Assembly (NCBI GenBank): GCA_043803105.1
Contig: JAZDKJ010000009.1
Span: 1-27,401 of the forward strand
DNA length: 27,401 nt
From: Candidatus Woesearchaeota archaeon
GTDB lineage: Archaea > Nanobdellota > Nanobdellia > Woesearchaeales > JAZDKJ01
Reading direction: 5' to 3'
In this document: positions 24,819-27,401 of the stretch, in pieces
Layout of the letters: every line of letters begins with the position of its first letter
Position numbering within the stretch: position 1 is the stretch's first letter
Notes under the pieces: generated by a model
What the model was told of the DNA's origin: nothing
The model's input: only the letters and a program-made list of their open reading frames with translations
Database searches by the model: none
Program-made: the position numbers and the translations under genes

Positions 24819-26456
24819 ATGAGAGCTACAATAATCATTTTCACCATTTTCATCCTTGCTTTGTCCGTGCCAACATATGCATGGATAAATGACGGCCAGC
24901 CACATTGGGAGTGCCTTCACAAGGGAGACAAACTTATTGTCTTTGAATGCAAGTATGATACATGCAGTCTTTGCCAGAAGTCAGGCTACACAAAGCCCTC
25001 TTATTGGTGCTCTGGCATTCCAATGAGCTGCACTTATACACCACCTGGAGAAAACAACACTATTGATGTGCAGCCTCCGGTGATTAATGTGTCTTCTCCT
25101 GTGAACAATGCTGTTTACAGCGGGCGTTCTGTTCCTTTCAATATACGCACAAATGAAATCTCAAACATAGCATATCTGAATAATATTGACCCAAGGAGAG
25201 GTTATTCTCAGCTTTGCACCAACTGCAAGACATTTAGTAAGGTTGTTGGTTTCAGTGATGGGTTGAATAACATCACCATACGCGTAACAGACAAGAGCGG
25301 CAACTCAGCTTACAAGACTGTTGTTTTCACTGTTGACAGCAAAAAGCCTGTAATCAAAGGAATACTTCCAAAAGCCGGGGTATACACAAATGGGCAGTTC
25401 AGCATAAAATATGATGAAGAAAACCTTGTAAGGATTACCCTTGTATGGAAAGGGATATCAGGAGTCCCAAATCAAGTTGCAAAAACTAACTGCCCAAAAG
25501 GCATTGGTCAAACATGCAACTTTACAGTAACTGGCCTTCCTCAGGGAGCGATTAGTTTCTATTTCAAGGTTCAGGATGTTGCGCAGGAAATCCAATCTTC
25601 TGAGATATCTGTACTTGTTGACACTGTTGCTCCTGTCATTACAAGGATTAGCCCGCAGCCAAGCCCTTATGCTGAAAAGGCTGTCCTTTTCGACCTGACG
25701 ATTAGTGAGCCGGTGACTCTTACTTACATCGACAATTCAATTGTGAAGCCAGTCTGGAAACCTTTGTGCACAAAGTGCTCAGTCTACGGCAAGAAGGTGA
25801 GTTTTGGCGAAGGCAACCACACAGTAACCATAAAGGCAGTTGACCCTGCAGGAAATGTTGACACTGAGTACGTTAGCTTCTTTGTCGACAGCCTTGATCC
25901 TAAGATAAAGAAGATGTTGCCAAAGGACAAGTCTTACGCAAACGGCCAATTCTCTGTTGATGTTGAGGATTTGAATCTTAAGGTAGTCATCCTGCATTAT
26001 ACAGAGTCTGGTTCAACAGAAAAACAGGTACAGAAGAGCTGGAATGATTGCTCTTTGAACAATAAGTTGTACACATGCACATTCAATCCAACCTTGACAG
26101 TTCAGGGTTTGTTGACATATTACTTTGAAGTTAGGGATATTGCCACCACAGTTGAGTCCAAGGTCTTTACAGAGACAGTTGACACGATTGCTCCTATATT
26201 GGCTGTTTACAGTCCTTCCAAATCAAGTTACATTGATAGGAACATCAAGTTCAACGTGAGCATTAGCGAGCCTGTGACTTTGGACTATACGGACCTCTTG
26301 TCATCAACGCCTAAGTACATGACGTTGTGCCAGAAGTGCACCAAATACATTGGCTCAAAGCCTTTGTCGCTTGGAGCGCACTCCTTGGTCATCAGGGCTA
26401 CTGACCCGGCAGGCAATGTGAACGAAGTAACAAGGTCGTTCACCATCGGTCCCTAA
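24819..26456 (+). CDS. Secreted protein with a Cys-rich N-terminus and five tandem Ig-like domains
   Basis: Signal peptide; repeated D..PP/AP linkers; LCxxC and D.(S/A)GN motifs three times; LPK...Y.NGQFS twice. Confidence 0.82.
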   Translation: MRATIIIFTIFILALSVPTYAWINDGQPHWECLHKGDKLIVFECKYDTCSLCQKSGYTKPSYWCSGIPMSCTYTPPGENNTIDVQPPVINVSSPVNNAVYSGRSVPFNIRTNEISNIAYLNNIDPRRGYSQLCTNCKTFSKVVGFSDGLNNITIRVTDKSGNSAYKTVVFTVDSKKPVIKGILPKAGVYTNGQFSIKYDEENLVRITLVWKGISGVPNQVAKTNCPKGIGQTCNFTVTGLPQGAISFYFKVQDVAQEIQSSEISVLVDTVAPVITRISPQPSPYAEKAVLFDLTISEPVTLTYIDNSIVKPVWKPLCTKCSVYGKKVSFGEGNHTVTIKAVDPAGNVDTEYVSFFVDSLDPKIKKMLPKDKSYANGQFSVDVEDLNLKVVILHYTESGSTEKQVQKSWNDCSLNNKLYTCTFNPTLTVQGLLTYYFEVRDIATTVESKVFTETVDTIAPILAVYSPSKSSYIDRNIKFNVSISEPVTLDYTDLLSSTPKYMTLCQKCTKYIGSKPLSLGAHSLVIRATDPAGNVNEVTRSFTIGP

Positions 26457-26483
26457 AATCCCATCAGCATCGGAGGAGTTAAG

Positions 26484-27401
26484 ATGAGAACTAAGGTATT
26501 GGTAGTTTTGTTGTTTTGGACCGCTCTGCTTTCCATGGCCGCTTTTGCAGCGCCATGTGTCCGTGACGGTCGCTGGGGAGATGGCCACCAATACCGCTGT
26601 GATGAAGACAATACCTACGAAGTCTGTCGGCTTGGCCTTTCTGGTTATGACCATGTGAACATCTGCAGGTATGTCTGTTCTGCAGACCAGGCCTGTGATG
26701 GAAAAACACCTAGCTCATCTCTAAATTCTTGTACCATTTTCGGCCAATCTTTCTTACAGGACATTTGCGACGCAAACTGCGAGCTTGCTGATGACAATTG
26801 TGAAGATGATTATTCTGGCTGCACAGCTGACCAGCAATGCGATGAATTTACCCCAGGCCAGAACGGTTGCAACCTGCAGTGCAAAATCCAATTCTGCGGT
26901 GATAACAAGATTGACTCTGGAGAGCAGTGCGAACTTCCGAACACACAGAATAACCAAAACTGTCCTGAGACAACTGAGCAGTGCGTTGGGACAAAGCTGC
27001 AGTTAAGGGCTGCCTTTGGTGACTGCAACAGCCAATGCGGCTGTGTAAACAAGCCTTTCGGACCGCCATATTGCACAGCATACAAGTGCGGAGCTCAGTG
27101 CACTCCTTATTTCTCACCTTCACAATGCGATGATGGTAACCCAAATACTGATGACAGCTGCAATCCTGATTCATGCCTATGCGAACACAAACCGAAACCG
27201 TCTTGCGGTGACGGGACAGTGAATGGCAACGAACAGTGCGAGCGTCCGAATACTGTGGATAATGTTAACTGTCCGCAATCAACTGAATCCTGTCAGGGAC
27301 CTAAGTGGCTTTACCGTGATGCTTTTGGGGACTGTAATGGTCAGTGCGGCTGCGTTTACGATTCTTGGCTTGCGATCTGTAAATTAGGGAAGTGCGGTGC
27401 T
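26484..27401 (+). CDS. Secreted cysteine-rich repeat protein; runs off the window end
   Basis: Not in the ORF track. SD GGAGG; MRTKVLVVLLFWTALLSMAAFA signal; open for 306 codons; CGDNKIDSGEQCE and CGDGTVNGNEQCE (Myxococcus Cys-rich-like) and CDDGNPNTDDSC (Dictyostelium-repeat-like) motifs. Confidence 0.88.
   Translation, partial: MRTKVLVVLLFWTALLSMAAFAAPCVRDGRWGDGHQYRCDEDNTYEVCRLGLSGYDHVNICRYVCSADQACDGKTPSSSLNSCTIFGQSFLQDICDANCELADDNCEDDYSGCTADQQCDEFTPGQNGCNLQCKIQFCGDNKIDSGEQCELPNTQNNQNCPETTEQCVGTKLQLRAAFGDCNSQCGCVNKPFGPPYCTAYKCGAQCTPYFSPSQCDDGNPNTDDSCNPDSCLCEHKPKPSCGDGTVNGNEQCERPNTVDNVNCPQSTESCQGPKWLYRDAFGDCNGQCGCVYDSWLAICKLGKCGA

Noticed and set aside
1-27401. CRISPR array, tRNA/rRNA genes, transposases, stop-codon reassignment
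   Set aside because: No regularly spaced repeats, cloverleafs or transposase motifs were seen by eye; conserved genes end properly at TAA, TAG and TGA.

Overview
Gene-dense archaeal chromosomal window. Evidence: SRP54, eL15, Trm11/TrmG10, RibL and BRE+TATA promoters; TAA, TAG and TGA all act as stops. Bacterial-type genes are mixed in (canonical Lgt, class II LysRS, RimK plus RimB-like protease, PolX-PHP), which fits a DPANN archaeon such as Woesearchaeota (inference). Most of the window is housekeeping or hypothetical genes. Three regions stand out. (1) 21.6-27.4 kb: a cell-surface locus with a ~300-nt leader holding five back-to-back hairpins, two anchorless secreted paralogues with pilin/TasA-like donor-strand hallmarks (one carrying a 145-aa insert), an Ig-repeat protein and a Cys-rich repeat protein. 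(2) 16.4-18.2 kb: an AT-rich island that looks like an integrase-less integron cassette, with attC-like sites around a HAD hydrolase, followed by an AbrB/RelE toxin-antitoxin pair. (3) 0.5-2 kb: a canonical bacterial Lgt two genes from a lipobox-bearing cupredoxin. I found no tRNA, rRNA or CRISPR array. All calls come from manual motif reading; no searches were run.
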